From an uncultured Eubacteriales bacterium (GTDB lineage: Bacteria; Bacillota; Clostridia; Oscillospirales; Acutalibacteraceae), in assembly GCA_934486705.1 (NCBI GenBank), contig CAKSQS010000005.1, forward strand, positions 18,120-82,119: 64,000 nt of DNA, given 5' to 3'. Shown piece after piece: positions 47,676-56,116 of this stretch. A program made the translations under genes and the position numbers. Position 1 is the first letter of the stretch. Each line of letters opens with the position of its first letter. The notes beneath the pieces were generated by a model. It saw only the letters and a list, made by a program, of their open reading frames with translations. It did no database searches and was not told the DNA's origin.

Positions 47676-47705
47676 GCTTTCCTTTATGAGTATTGGGCGA
47701 TAGGC

Positions 47706-48086
47706 TTACTTTTTACTGTTTTCATAGTTCTCACAGTACATTATTGCACCTACCGATTTAGAATAATAGCAGCTCGGGCAATAGGAGTTGCGCAGGCAGG
47801 TTTCGTCCCTGTTGCCGTTTTTATGGTCGCGCCCGCACTGAGTACATTCAAATTTATCGCAGGAGTGGCGCGAGGTAACTATAAGCTTGCCCTCTATATT
47901 GTAGCATCCGCCGCCCGATACGTTATCAAGCTCTTCATCGGAAAGCTCGCCCGCCTTCGGGTGCAAAAGCTCAAAATATGCCTTTGCGCCGTCGAGTGTC
48001 ATTTCTTCGCCGTTTTCTTTTGCAAGACACAGCAATTCTTCAGGAGTTTTTGCAGCTTTCGCTTTTGAAATAAGTTCACTGTTCAT
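47706..48086 (-). CDS. Nif11-type leader / Cys-rich core precursor peptide 1 (most divergent core)
   Basis: The leader MNSELISKAKAAKTPEELLCLAKENGEEM...ELSDEELDNVSGGG is followed by a core with 8 Cys. Confidence 0.85.
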   Translation of the reverse strand: MNSELISKAKAAKTPEELLCLAKENGEEMTLDGAKAYFELLHPKAGELSDEELDNVSGGGCYNIEGKLIVTSRHSCDKFECTQCGRDHKNGNRDETCLRNSYCPSCYYSKSVGAIMYCENYENSKK

Positions 48087-48088
48087 TT

Positions 48089-48502
48089 TTATAATTTCCT
48101 CCCGTATTCGGTATTGGGGTTATTGCAAAGCCACAGGCCTCTTTCATACGAGCAATACTTGCAGTATTCGCACCAGGTTACATTTCCGCAATTTCTGCAT
48201 ACCCGGCGGTACGGGAAAACCGAGGTTTCAACCGTATCCTTTGCGCAGCCGTTTTTGCACTGCCAATCCCAGCAGCGGAATCGCGTGGTAACAACAAGTC
48301 TGCCGCTGTTGTAGCAGTTGCCGCCCGATACATTGTCAAGCTCTTCGTCTGCAATTTCGCCCGTCTTCGGGTGCAAAAGCTCAAAATATGCCTTTGCGCT
48401 CTCTTCGGTCATTTCTTCGCCGTTAGTCTTTGCCATTTCAAGTAATTCTTCGGGGGTTTCAGCCGTTTTCGCCTTGGCAATCAGTTCTTTGTTTATTTCC
48501 AT
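48089..48502 (-). CDS. Nif11-type leader / Cys-rich core precursor peptide 2
   Basis: The leader ends DEELDNVSGG. The core has 10 Cys and ends CEYCKYCSYERGLWLCNNP. Confidence 0.85.
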   Translation of the reverse strand: MEINKELIAKAKTAETPEELLEMAKTNGEEMTEESAKAYFELLHPKTGEIADEELDNVSGGNCYNSGRLVVTTRFRCWDWQCKNGCAKDTVETSVFPYRRVCRNCGNVTWCEYCKYCSYERGLWLCNNPNTEYGRKL

Positions 48503-48521
48503 TTTAATGCACTCCGTTCGT

Positions 48522-48917
48522 CTAATTTTTTCGGTGATTGCTTTTGTTGCAAAGCCACAATCCTTTTTCGTATGTGCAGTATTTGCAGTTGTTACATACT
48601 GTCAAGCGGCCGCATTTGCATATCCCGACACTGACTGCATTTTTATTGATTTGAGTGCCGCATTTTTTACACTCAAAACCCGTACAGCCGTGACCGACGG
48701 TCACAATTTCTCTGCCGTCATCTGCATGACATCCGCCGCCCGAAACGTTTTCAAGCTCTTCATCGGCAATTTTGCCGGTCTTCGGGTGCAAAAGTTCAAA
48801 ATATGCTTTTGCGCTCTCCTCGGTCATTTCCTCGCCGTTTTCCTTTGCAAGACATAGCAGCTCTTCGGGGGTTTTTGCTTTCTTTGCTTTTGATATAAGC
48901 TCTTTGTTCATTTCCAT
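48522..48917 (-). CDS. Nif11-type leader / Cys-rich core precursor peptide 3
   Basis: MEMNKELISKAKKAKTPEELL...ENVSGGG, then core CHADDGREIVTV...CNNCKYCTYEKGLWLCN. Start set at the ATG at 48917, preceded by AAGGGTGA; the ORF extends to 48926. Confidence 0.85.
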   Translation of the reverse strand: MEMNKELISKAKKAKTPEELLCLAKENGEEMTEESAKAYFELLHPKTGKIADEELENVSGGGCHADDGREIVTVGHGCTGFECKKCGTQINKNAVSVGICKCGRLTVCNNCKYCTYEKGLWLCNKSNHRKN

Positions 48918-48935
48918 AATTATCACCCTTTTATA

Positions 48936-49328
48936 TTATTTTTTCATTCTGGCGGGGTTGTTGCAGAGCCACAGACCCTTTTCATATGTGCAGTAGTGGC
49001 AGGTGTTGCAAAACGCGCCGATTCCGCATGTATTGCAGTATACCATCGCACCGTATATATCGCATTGCGAGCCATCGGTTTTGCAGCGCCATTCGTCGCA
49101 GTAATTCATTACGGAAACAACAAGTCTGTCGCCCTTGTAACATCCGCCGCCCGCTACATTGTCAAGCTCTTCGTCTGCAATTTCGCCCGTCTTCGGGTGT
49201 AAAAGCTCAAAATATGCCTTTGCGCTCTCCTCGGTTATTTCTTCGCCGTTTTCTTTTGCAAGACATAGCAGTTCTTCGGGAGTTTTTGCCTGTTTCGCCT
49301 TTGCTATAAGTTCGTTATTCAGTTGCAT
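48936..49328 (-). CDS. Nif11-type leader / Cys-rich core precursor peptide 4
   Basis: The true start is MQLNNELIAKAK at 49328. The track ORF (to 49502) runs in-frame into the 3' end of the next gene. The core is CYKGDRLVVS...CNTCHYCTYEKGLWLCNNP. Confidence 0.85.
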   Translation of the reverse strand: MQLNNELIAKAKQAKTPEELLCLAKENGEEITEESAKAYFELLHPKTGEIADEELDNVAGGGCYKGDRLVVSVMNYCDEWRCKTDGSQCDIYGAMVYCNTCGIGAFCNTCHYCTYEKGLWLCNNPARMKK

Positions 49329-49347
49329 ATCAATGCGCTCCGTTCGT

Positions 49348-49743
49348 CTAATTTTTTCGGTGATTTTCTTTGTTGCAAAGCCACAGTCCTTTTTCGTATG
49401 TGCAGTATTTGCAGTTATTACATACTGCCATGCAGCCGCATTTGCATAACACAATACCGACCGAATTGATAATATTTTTGCAGCCGCATTTTTTACACTC
49501 AAAACCCGTACAACCGTGACCGACGGTCACAATTTCTCTGCCGTCGTCTGTATGACATCCGCCGCCCGATACATTGTTAAGCTCGTCATCGGTAATTTTG
49601 CCTGTTTTCGGGTGTAATAGCTCAAAATAAGCCTTTGCGCTCTCCTCGGTCATTTCTTCGCCGTTTTCCTTTGCAAGACATAGCAGCTCTTCGGGAGTTT
49701 TTGCAAGCTTAGCCTTTTCAAGTATTTCATTTGTGTTTTTCAT
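49348..49743 (-). CDS. Nif11-type leader / Cys-rich core precursor peptide 5
   Basis: The leader ends DDELNNVSGGG. The core has 12 Cys: CHTDDGREIVTV...CNNCKYCTYEKGLWLCN. Confidence 0.85.
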   Translation of the reverse strand: MKNTNEILEKAKLAKTPEELLCLAKENGEEMTEESAKAYFELLHPKTGKITDDELNNVSGGGCHTDDGREIVTVGHGCTGFECKKCGCKNIINSVGIVLCKCGCMAVCNNCKYCTYEKGLWLCNKENHRKN

Positions 49744-49754
49744 AATTTAACTCC

Positions 49755-50138
49755 TTAACGCCCAAAATTGCAAAGCCACAGACCTTTTTCATAAGAGCAA
49801 TGCTGACAGTTTGTGCAGTTGGCTAATCTGCCGCACTCCTTGCAGCAAGCACTTTTTACGGCGTTTACTATGCACTTACCGCCGCATTTACTGCAGGCAT
49901 AATTATTGCATATGCAAAATACCGAAACGATTTTTCTTCCGTCGTTTTTGTTGCACCCGCCCGCTACATTGTCAAGCTCATCATCGGCAATCTCGCCTGT
50001 TTTCGGGTGTAAAAGCTCAAAATATGCCTTTGCACTGTCAAGGGTAATTTCCTCATCGTTTTCCTTGGCAAGACATAGCAGTTCCTCGGGGGTTTTTGCA
50101 TTTTTTGCTTTCGCAAGCAGTTCTTTGTTTATTTCCAT
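49755..50138 (-). CDS. Nif11-type leader / Cys-rich core precursor peptide 6
   Basis: MEINKELLAKAK...DDELDNVAGG. The core has 13 Cys and ends CTNCQHCSYEKGLWLCNFGR. The ORF extends to 50147. Confidence 0.85.
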   Translation of the reverse strand: MEINKELLAKAKNAKTPEELLCLAKENDEEITLDSAKAYFELLHPKTGEIADDELDNVAGGCNKNDGRKIVSVFCICNNYACSKCGGKCIVNAVKSACCKECGRLANCTNCQHCSYEKGLWLCNFGR

Positions 50139-50156
50139 AATTATCACCCTATTATA

Positions 50157-50534
50157 TTATTTTTTCATATTAGCGGGATTGCTGCAAAGCCACAGACCCT
50201 TTTCATATGTGCAGTAACGGCAGGAGTGGCAAAATGCAGCAACTCCGCATTTACGGCAGTATAAAAAATCATTTCCTTTTGAACCGTCATTTTTGCAGCA
50301 CCATTCATCGCAGAAATGCATTGCGGAAACAACAAGCTTGTCGCCCTTGTAGCAGCCGCCGCCCGATACATTATCAAGCTCTTCGTCGGCAATCTCGCCT
50401 GTCTGCGGGTGCAAGAGCTCAAAATATGCCTTTGCGCTCTCCTCGGTTATTTCCTCGCCGTTTTCCTTTGCTAAACATAGCAGCTCTTCGGGGGTTTTTG
50501 CTTTCTTTGCTTTTACAAGAAGTTCTTTGTTCAT
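50157..50534 (-). CDS. Nif11-type leader / Cys-rich core precursor peptide 7
   Basis: Start MNKELLVKAK at 50534, preceded by GGAGAG; the ORF extends to 50555. The core is CYKGDKLVVS...CHSCRYCTYEKGLWLCSNP. Confidence 0.85.
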   Translation of the reverse strand: MNKELLVKAKKAKTPEELLCLAKENGEEITEESAKAYFELLHPQTGEIADEELDNVSGGGCYKGDKLVVSAMHFCDEWCCKNDGSKGNDFLYCRKCGVAAFCHSCRYCTYEKGLWLCSNPANMKK

Positions 50535-50561
50535 TTTAAAACTCTCCGTTCGCATTATTTT

Positions 50562-50939
50562 TTATTTGTTGCAAAGCCACAGTCCTTTTTCATAGGTGCA
50601 ATATTTGCAATGGTTGCAAATCGCTGTTTTACCACATTCTTTACATACCGGAAACGTAGATGTATCTAAATAACGGCCGCCGCACTTTTTGCATACAAAA
50701 CCTCCGCAGGTGTGACATACCGTTACAATTTCTCTGCCGTCATTTGCGTGGCAGCCGCCGCCCGATACATTGTCAAGCTCGTTATCGGCAATTTCGCCCG
50801 TCTGCGGGTGCAAAAACTCAAAATATGCCTTTGCGCTCTCCTCGGTCATTTCCTCGCCGTTTTCCTTTGCAAGACATAGCAGCTCCTCAGGTGTCTTTGT
50901 GTTCTTTGCTTTTGCAAGCAGCTCCTTGTTCATTTCCAT
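50562..50939 (-). CDS. Nif11-type leader / Cys-rich core precursor peptide 8
   Basis: MEMNKELLAKAKNTKTPEELL...NELDNVSGGG. The core is CHANDGREIVTV...CNHCKYCTYEKGLWLCNK. Confidence 0.85.
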   Translation of the reverse strand: MEMNKELLAKAKNTKTPEELLCLAKENGEEMTEESAKAYFEFLHPQTGEIADNELDNVSGGGCHANDGREIVTVCHTCGGFVCKKCGGRYLDTSTFPVCKECGKTAICNHCKYCTYEKGLWLCNK

Positions 50940-50952
50940 TTTAAAAATCCTC

Positions 50953-51429
50953 CTAAAAATATTTTTTAAGCTCTGTAAGAGCTTTATTATGTAACAGCTT
51001 TGTGTGGGAATAGGAAATTCCTATAGCCTCCGCTATGCTTTTAAGGGGTAAGCCGTTATAATAATGTAAAATTACGATATTTCGCGAGCGCTCGTCTATG
51101 CTTTCGAGCGCGGCGGCTAAAGCTTCAAGCGTTTCGTTTTTAAAAATTGAGGTGTCCGCGTTTTCCGCCGTCAGGTTTTCGTTAAGCTCGGCGGTATTCT
51201 TTCTTGTTCGGTAGTAGTCAATTACCGTGTTCCGCGCCACTGTGTATATCCAAGTGGAAATTGACGCTTTGGTTTCGTCAAAGCTTTCTATACTTTTAAA
51301 AACTTTTAGAAAAACCTCGCCTGTAAGGTCTTCGGCATCGTGCGGGTTTTGCACCTTTTTCAGCATATACCGCATTACTTTTTCCTTATACTCGGTATAA
51401 ACCTTATCCCTTAATAGAAATACGTTCAT
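50953..51429 (-). CDS. ECF-type sigma-70 family RNA polymerase sigma factor
   Basis: 158 aa. Region 2 (DAEDLTGEVFLKVF...STWIYTVARNTVIDYYR) and region 4 HTH (LPLKSIAEAIGISYSHTKLLHNKAL). Confidence 0.85.
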   Translation of the reverse strand: MNVFLLRDKVYTEYKEKVMRYMLKKVQNPHDAEDLTGEVFLKVFKSIESFDETKASISTWIYTVARNTVIDYYRTRKNTAELNENLTAENADTSIFKNETLEALAAALESIDERSRNIVILHYYNGLPLKSIAEAIGISYSHTKLLHNKALTELKKYF

Positions 51430-51629
51430 AACGGCTTTTCCTCGCTGTTCGGCTTTTTACCGTTATCTATTTCGCCCGCCGCGTTTACAAAATCAAGCTC
51501 ATCGTCCGATAACTCTCTGCTGTAAATCTGCGATTTATCAATAAGCTTTTTAAGCCGCGGGTTTTCCTCAATTTCCTGATAATCGAAAAGGGCGGTCAGT
51601 AATTGCTGAAAATTATTGCTTTTCTCCAC
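51426..51629 (-). CDS. small acidic protein with a leader-peptide-like C-terminal motif (possible anti-sigma/regulatory peptide)
   Basis: 67 aa. Its stop overlaps the sigma factor start (ATGA). RELSDDELDFVNAAGE resembles the precursor leader end EIADEELDNVSGGG, but no Cys-rich core follows. Confidence 0.5.
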   Translation of the reverse strand: MEKSNNFQQLLTALFDYQEIEENPRLKKLIDKSQIYSRELSDDELDFVNAAGEIDNGKKPNSEEKPL

Positions 51630-51717
51630 GGTTACCCTCTCTTTCCGTTTTGTTTTTCCCTTTCACTTATTTATACGAACGAATTTGCAAAAGGGCTTAT
51701 TTTTTTAAAAATATTTT

Positions 51718-53901
51718 TTATGTATCGAGCCGCTGCCGTGCCACAAGCTCTGCAAATACGCCGTTTTTGGCTATCAGCTCGTCGTATGTTCCGTCCTCTG
51801 TAATTTTTCCGCCGTCCAGCACCAAAATGCGGTCGCACTGCTTTATGGTGGAAAGCCTGTGGGCTATTACTATTCTTGTGCATTTAAGGGAATCAAGTGA
51901 TTCCGAAACCTTTTTCTGCGTAAGGTTATCAAGCGCGCTTGTAGCTTCGTCAAGCATTAAAATTTTAGGCTTGGGCGCTATTGCGCGGGCTATCATAAGC
52001 CGCTGCCGCTGCCCGCCCGAAATGCCGCCAGAGCCCTCGGAAATTATCGTGTTCATTCCCATTGGCATACGGCGTATATCCTCGGCTATTCCCGCTTTCT
52101 CGGCGGCGTCCCACGCGTCGCTTTGCGTAAGCCACGGGGCGGATATTACTATATTGGAATAAATATCCCCCGAGAAAAGCTTGCCGTTTTGCATTACTAC
52201 GCCTATTCTGTGCCTGAGGGATTTAAGGTCTATTCGCTCAATATCCCTGCCGTCATAGTAAACGGCGCCCTTTTGCGGCTTTTCAAAGCCTAAAAGAAGG
52301 CGCATAAGCGTTGATTTTCCGCAGCCTGTTTTGCCCACTATGGCAACATACTGTCCGGGGCGAATTTTAAGGGACATATTATCAAGTATAAGCGGCATAT
52401 TTTCATTGTACCTGAAAGAAACGTTGGTAAGCTCTATTCCGCCCGAAAGCCTTGTTATAACCTCTTTGCCCTCGGAAATCTCGGGCACGGTGTTAAAAAA
52501 CGGCTGCACCGTTTCCAAAATCGGCTTTATCTGCGCTACGGTAAGCGCCATTCCCGCAAGGGACATAAAAGCGCCCGAAACCATACCGTAGGCTGTGCCG
52601 AACGCATAATAATCTGCCACCGAAACGCCCGATTTTACCGCCGCCGCATACATAACTATATTACCTATAAGCGAAATGGCAAGGCTTATAACCGAATTAA
52701 GCTTAATAAATGCGGGCGGGTTGTATGTAAGCTTTGCGTTTTGCGCATAAAGGTTGCCCCAGCGGGCAAAGGCTCTTTTTTCTGCGCCCGCAAGCTTTAT
52801 TTTCTGTATGCCGCTTATAAGCGCATAGCTCATTCCGCTTTCCTTTGCCGAAAGCTCCATTTGCTTTTTTGAAATACGCATTTGCGCAAACGAGGAAATA
52901 AGCGAGAAAGCGACCGTTACCAAAATGACAGCTATTGCAGGCACTACAAGCAGGGGAGCATATATAAATATCTGCGAAATGTAGATAAGCGAAAAAACCG
53001 AGGTAAGCCCCGTTGTAAGCACGGCGGAAACCAGCATATTGCAAAGCGATGATATATGCGCCGCGCGGCTTGACAAATCGCCCGAGCCATACCCCTTAAA
53101 AAAGTCCGCCGGCAGGCTCATTATTCGCATCATTGCCGCCGCCTGCACCGAAACGCTCATTTTGGTATTTATTCTTGCGGTTATCATTTCCTTGGTGGCG
53201 GAAATAAGTAAAGAGCTTACAGATACCGAAACCGTGAACACCGCAATTGATAAAAGCAGCCTTACACTGCCCGACGGCAAAACCGCCGCAAACAAAATAT
53301 TGTTAAGCTTAGGCGAGAGCATACCTATTAAAGAGAGCGCTAAAGTTGCAAGGGCAATAAGCGCAAAATCGGCGGGGGAGAGCGTTTCCGCAATATATTT
53401 TGCAACCGAGCCGAGCCCAATTTTTTTAAGCGGAAAGGGCTTGTAAAAGGCTATAGCCTCGCTATCGAAAAGGCGCTGATTTTTGCGGTTTATTTTAATT
53501 TTTTTGCCGCTGTCCGGGTCAATATAGCAGTAGCCCGAAAACCCCGCGGGAATAAGTGCGACCACCCTGCCGCTTTCCTTCATAACGCCGAGCATTGCGC
53601 CCACCGCGTCGCGATACCAGCCCTTTTCAAGCCTTACCGTGCGGCGCATTATGCCGTAGGGGCGCATTAAATATTCAAGCTGCTCGTTTGTGTCCTTTAT
53701 ATTGTCGGGCACTTCGCGGCTTTTTACGTGGTAATATTTTAAAATTTCGTCAATCGCGCTTTTCGCCGCCGCGCTGCCGTCTGAAAGGCTGCCTGTTACC
53801 TTTGAGCCTAAAACGGCAGCCGCCATATTTACAAATGAATCGGCAAAAACATCGTCGTCGTTTTGCTTTCGCTGCCTTATCTGTTCGTCAAACCAACCCA
53901 T
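51718..53901 (-). CDS. bacteriocin-type ABC exporter, ATP-binding/permease, N-terminal domain without peptidase Cys (NHLM-system-like)
   Basis: 727 aa. Walker A GKTGCGKST, signature ISGGQRQR, Walker B ILMLDEATS. The ~150-aa N-terminal domain lacks a C39 catalytic Cys motif. Confidence 0.85.
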   Translation of the reverse strand: MGWFDEQIRQRKQNDDDVFADSFVNMAAAVLGSKVTGSLSDGSAAAKSAIDEILKYYHVKSREVPDNIKDTNEQLEYLMRPYGIMRRTVRLEKGWYRDAVGAMLGVMKESGRVVALIPAGFSGYCYIDPDSGKKIKINRKNQRLFDSEAIAFYKPFPLKKIGLGSVAKYIAETLSPADFALIALATLALSLIGMLSPKLNNILFAAVLPSGSVRLLLSIAVFTVSVSVSSLLISATKEMITARINTKMSVSVQAAAMMRIMSLPADFFKGYGSGDLSSRAAHISSLCNMLVSAVLTTGLTSVFSLIYISQIFIYAPLLVVPAIAVILVTVAFSLISSFAQMRISKKQMELSAKESGMSYALISGIQKIKLAGAEKRAFARWGNLYAQNAKLTYNPPAFIKLNSVISLAISLIGNIVMYAAAVKSGVSVADYYAFGTAYGMVSGAFMSLAGMALTVAQIKPILETVQPFFNTVPEISEGKEVITRLSGGIELTNVSFRYNENMPLILDNMSLKIRPGQYVAIVGKTGCGKSTLMRLLLGFEKPQKGAVYYDGRDIERIDLKSLRHRIGVVMQNGKLFSGDIYSNIVISAPWLTQSDAWDAAEKAGIAEDIRRMPMGMNTIISEGSGGISGGQRQRLMIARAIAPKPKILMLDEATSALDNLTQKKVSESLDSLKCTRIVIAHRLSTIKQCDRILVLDGGKITEDGTYDELIAKNGVFAELVARQRLDT

Positions 53902-53916
53902 TAAGTCTTTCCCCCT

Positions 53917-56106
53917 TTACTCGTTAGTTACAAGCTCGGCATACATTCCGCCCTTTTTCATAAGCTCGTCGTGCGTGCCGCGTTCGGCAACCCTGCCGTT
54001 ATCCATTACTATTATTTCGTCGCAATCCCGTATAGTCGAGAGCCTGTGCGCCACAACTATGCAGGTTATGCCGCGATCCTTAATGGAGTTTACAACGTTG
54101 TACTCGGTTTTAGCGTCAAGCGCGCTTGTGGCTTCGTCCAAAATTATAATCGTGGGGTCTTGCGCCAACACGCGCGCTATTTCCATTCGCTGCCGCTGCC
54201 CGCCCGAAAAGTCCTTGCCGCCCTCGGTCATTTTGTACTGATAACCGCCCTCGCGCTGCATAATATCCTCGTGCAGCTGTGCGTCGCGCGCCGCCATTAT
54301 CATTTCAAAATCCTCTATCGAGTTATCCCACATTTTAATGTTGTTGGCTATTGTATCTTCAAACAAAATTATATCCTGGTCCACTACCGCCAGCGAGCCT
54401 GTAAAAACGCTGCGGTCAATTTCGGATATTTTTTTGCCGTCGAAAAGTATTTCGCCGCTCCAAGGTTTATAAAGCCCCGAAATCAGCTTTGAAAGGGTGG
54501 ATTTTCCGCAGCCCGATGGCCCTACAAATGCCACGCGGCTGCCGGTTTTAAGCGACAAATTAAAGTTTTCTATAAGCGGCTCTGCAAGGCGGGAATAGCC
54601 GAACGTGACGTTTTTCATTTCAATATTGCCCGAAAGCTTATCGTACTCGCAGTTATCGCTTACGGGAGCATCCTCGGGAACGTCGGTGGGGTAGCGCATT
54701 ACGTCCTCTATGCGCTCCATTTCGGTGCGCATTTCCTGCAAGCTTTGCCCTGCCGAAATCAGCGACGTTGCGGGGGAAACAAACGAGCCTAAAAAGCCCT
54801 GAAACGCCATTATCATACCAACGGTAAACCTGCCCTGCATTGCAAGGTACACGCCCACCATTAAAACCGCCGTATTGCAAACCGAGCTTACAAGCGCAGG
54901 CAGCTGACCGAGCAGCTGATTAAGCTTTTGAAATTTTACCTGCTGCGTATTGGCACTTGCCTGATAGCCCGCCCATTTTTCAAAAAATCCGTTTTCTGCG
55001 CCGCTTGCCTTAATTGTTTCAATCATTTCTATTCCGGCAACGGTAGCGCCCGCAAGCTTACCTGAGTCGCGCATTTGCACGCGGGTAATATTTATCCGCT
55101 TTTTTGAAATAATGTTTGAGAAAATAAGGTTTATAAGCACCGATAAAATGCCTATAACGGTTAAAAGCAGGCTGTACCTTATCATTACAACAAGGTAAAA
55201 CACCATCATTACCGCGTTTAGTGCGAGCGGCGCAAAGGTATTTACAAGGCTGCCCGCTATGCTCGCGTTTGCTGACTGCCGCCCCTGAATATCACCCGCC
55301 ATACGCTGCGAGAAGAATTCCATAGGCATACGCAGCACTTTCCACATAAAGGTTGTGCTGCCCACCATGGCAAGCTTTCCGTTAATTTTAAGGGAATAAA
55401 CGGCGTTTATCCACCCCACAACAAGCTGCAAAACGCTAAGGAGCGATAAGCCTATAATAAACGGTATAAACCACTCGGGGTTTTTGCCCGTCAGCAATCT
55501 GTCAACAAAAACGCGCGAAAATGCGGGGCTTATAACCCCCGTTATGGCAGATATAAGCGCGGTAATTGCCGCAAAGGCAACCGCACTGCCCGCACCCTTA
55601 AGCCGCTTTTTGGCATATGCCAAAACAGATGGCGGCTTGCCGCCGGGGGTAAAGATTTCGGTCGGCTCAAACAAAAGGCAAATGCCTGTAAACGAATCGT
55701 CAAAGGTTTTCAGAGATACGGCGTATTTTCCCTTTGCGGGGTCGTTTAAAATCGCCTTGTTGCCGCGAAAGCCGTCCAACACCACAAAATGGTTGAAATT
55801 CCAGTGAATAATGCAGGGAAATTTTCCGTCGCGTCTTAAGTCGTTCGGCTCATACCTGTAACCCTTGGCGGCAAGCCCGTAGCTGCGGGCGGCTTTTAAA
55901 ATATTGCGCGCGTTAGAGCCGTCACGCGATACGCCGCAGTCAAAGCGCACCTGTTCAAGCGGCAACCATTTGCCGTAGTAGGCAAGCACCATTGCAAGGC
56001 TTGCCGCGCCGCATTCAAGCGCCTCCATCTGCATTATTACGGGCACGTCGGCAGCACCGTGCATTACGGGCTTTTTAAGTTTTTTAGTCTCTTTTATCTT
56101 TTCCAT
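53917..56106 (-). CDS. bacteriocin-type ABC exporter with an N-terminal C39 peptidase domain
   Basis: C39 motifs QMEALECGAASLAMVLAYYG (Cys) and NHFVVLDG (His). Walker A GPSGCGKST, signature FSGGQRQR, Walker B IIILDEATS. Confidence 0.9.
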   Translation of the reverse strand: MEKIKETKKLKKPVMHGAADVPVIMQMEALECGAASLAMVLAYYGKWLPLEQVRFDCGVSRDGSNARNILKAARSYGLAAKGYRYEPNDLRRDGKFPCIIHWNFNHFVVLDGFRGNKAILNDPAKGKYAVSLKTFDDSFTGICLLFEPTEIFTPGGKPPSVLAYAKKRLKGAGSAVAFAAITALISAITGVISPAFSRVFVDRLLTGKNPEWFIPFIIGLSLLSVLQLVVGWINAVYSLKINGKLAMVGSTTFMWKVLRMPMEFFSQRMAGDIQGRQSANASIAGSLVNTFAPLALNAVMMVFYLVVMIRYSLLLTVIGILSVLINLIFSNIISKKRINITRVQMRDSGKLAGATVAGIEMIETIKASGAENGFFEKWAGYQASANTQQVKFQKLNQLLGQLPALVSSVCNTAVLMVGVYLAMQGRFTVGMIMAFQGFLGSFVSPATSLISAGQSLQEMRTEMERIEDVMRYPTDVPEDAPVSDNCEYDKLSGNIEMKNVTFGYSRLAEPLIENFNLSLKTGSRVAFVGPSGCGKSTLSKLISGLYKPWSGEILFDGKKISEIDRSVFTGSLAVVDQDIILFEDTIANNIKMWDNSIEDFEMIMAARDAQLHEDIMQREGGYQYKMTEGGKDFSGGQRQRMEIARVLAQDPTIIILDEATSALDAKTEYNVVNSIKDRGITCIVVAHRLSTIRDCDEIIVMDNGRVAERGTHDELMKKGGMYAELVTNE

Positions 56107-56116
56107 ATAAGCTTCC

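Noticed and set aside
49329-49502. The N-terminal 58-aa extension of the track ORF 48936-49502.
   Set aside because: The extension is an in-frame read-through of the 3' end of the neighbouring precursor gene in another register. The conserved leader starts at the ATG at 49328 (MQLNNELIAKAK), as in the seven paralogs.
47700-50945. A regular ~400-bp periodic repeat that could be taken for a CRISPR-like or satellite array.
   Set aside because: The period is a full gene length. Each unit is an intact ORF with its own RBS, a conserved leader and a variable Cys-rich core. There are no short direct repeats with unique spacers.
48318-50994. Long plus-strand ORFs antisense to the precursor genes, for example 48318-48857, 49159-49449, 49906-50217 and 50770-50994.
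   Set aside because: They are mirror-frame artefacts repeated once per unit, with Ser/Phe-rich low-complexity sequence. The minus-strand frames carry the conserved leader and the GG motif.
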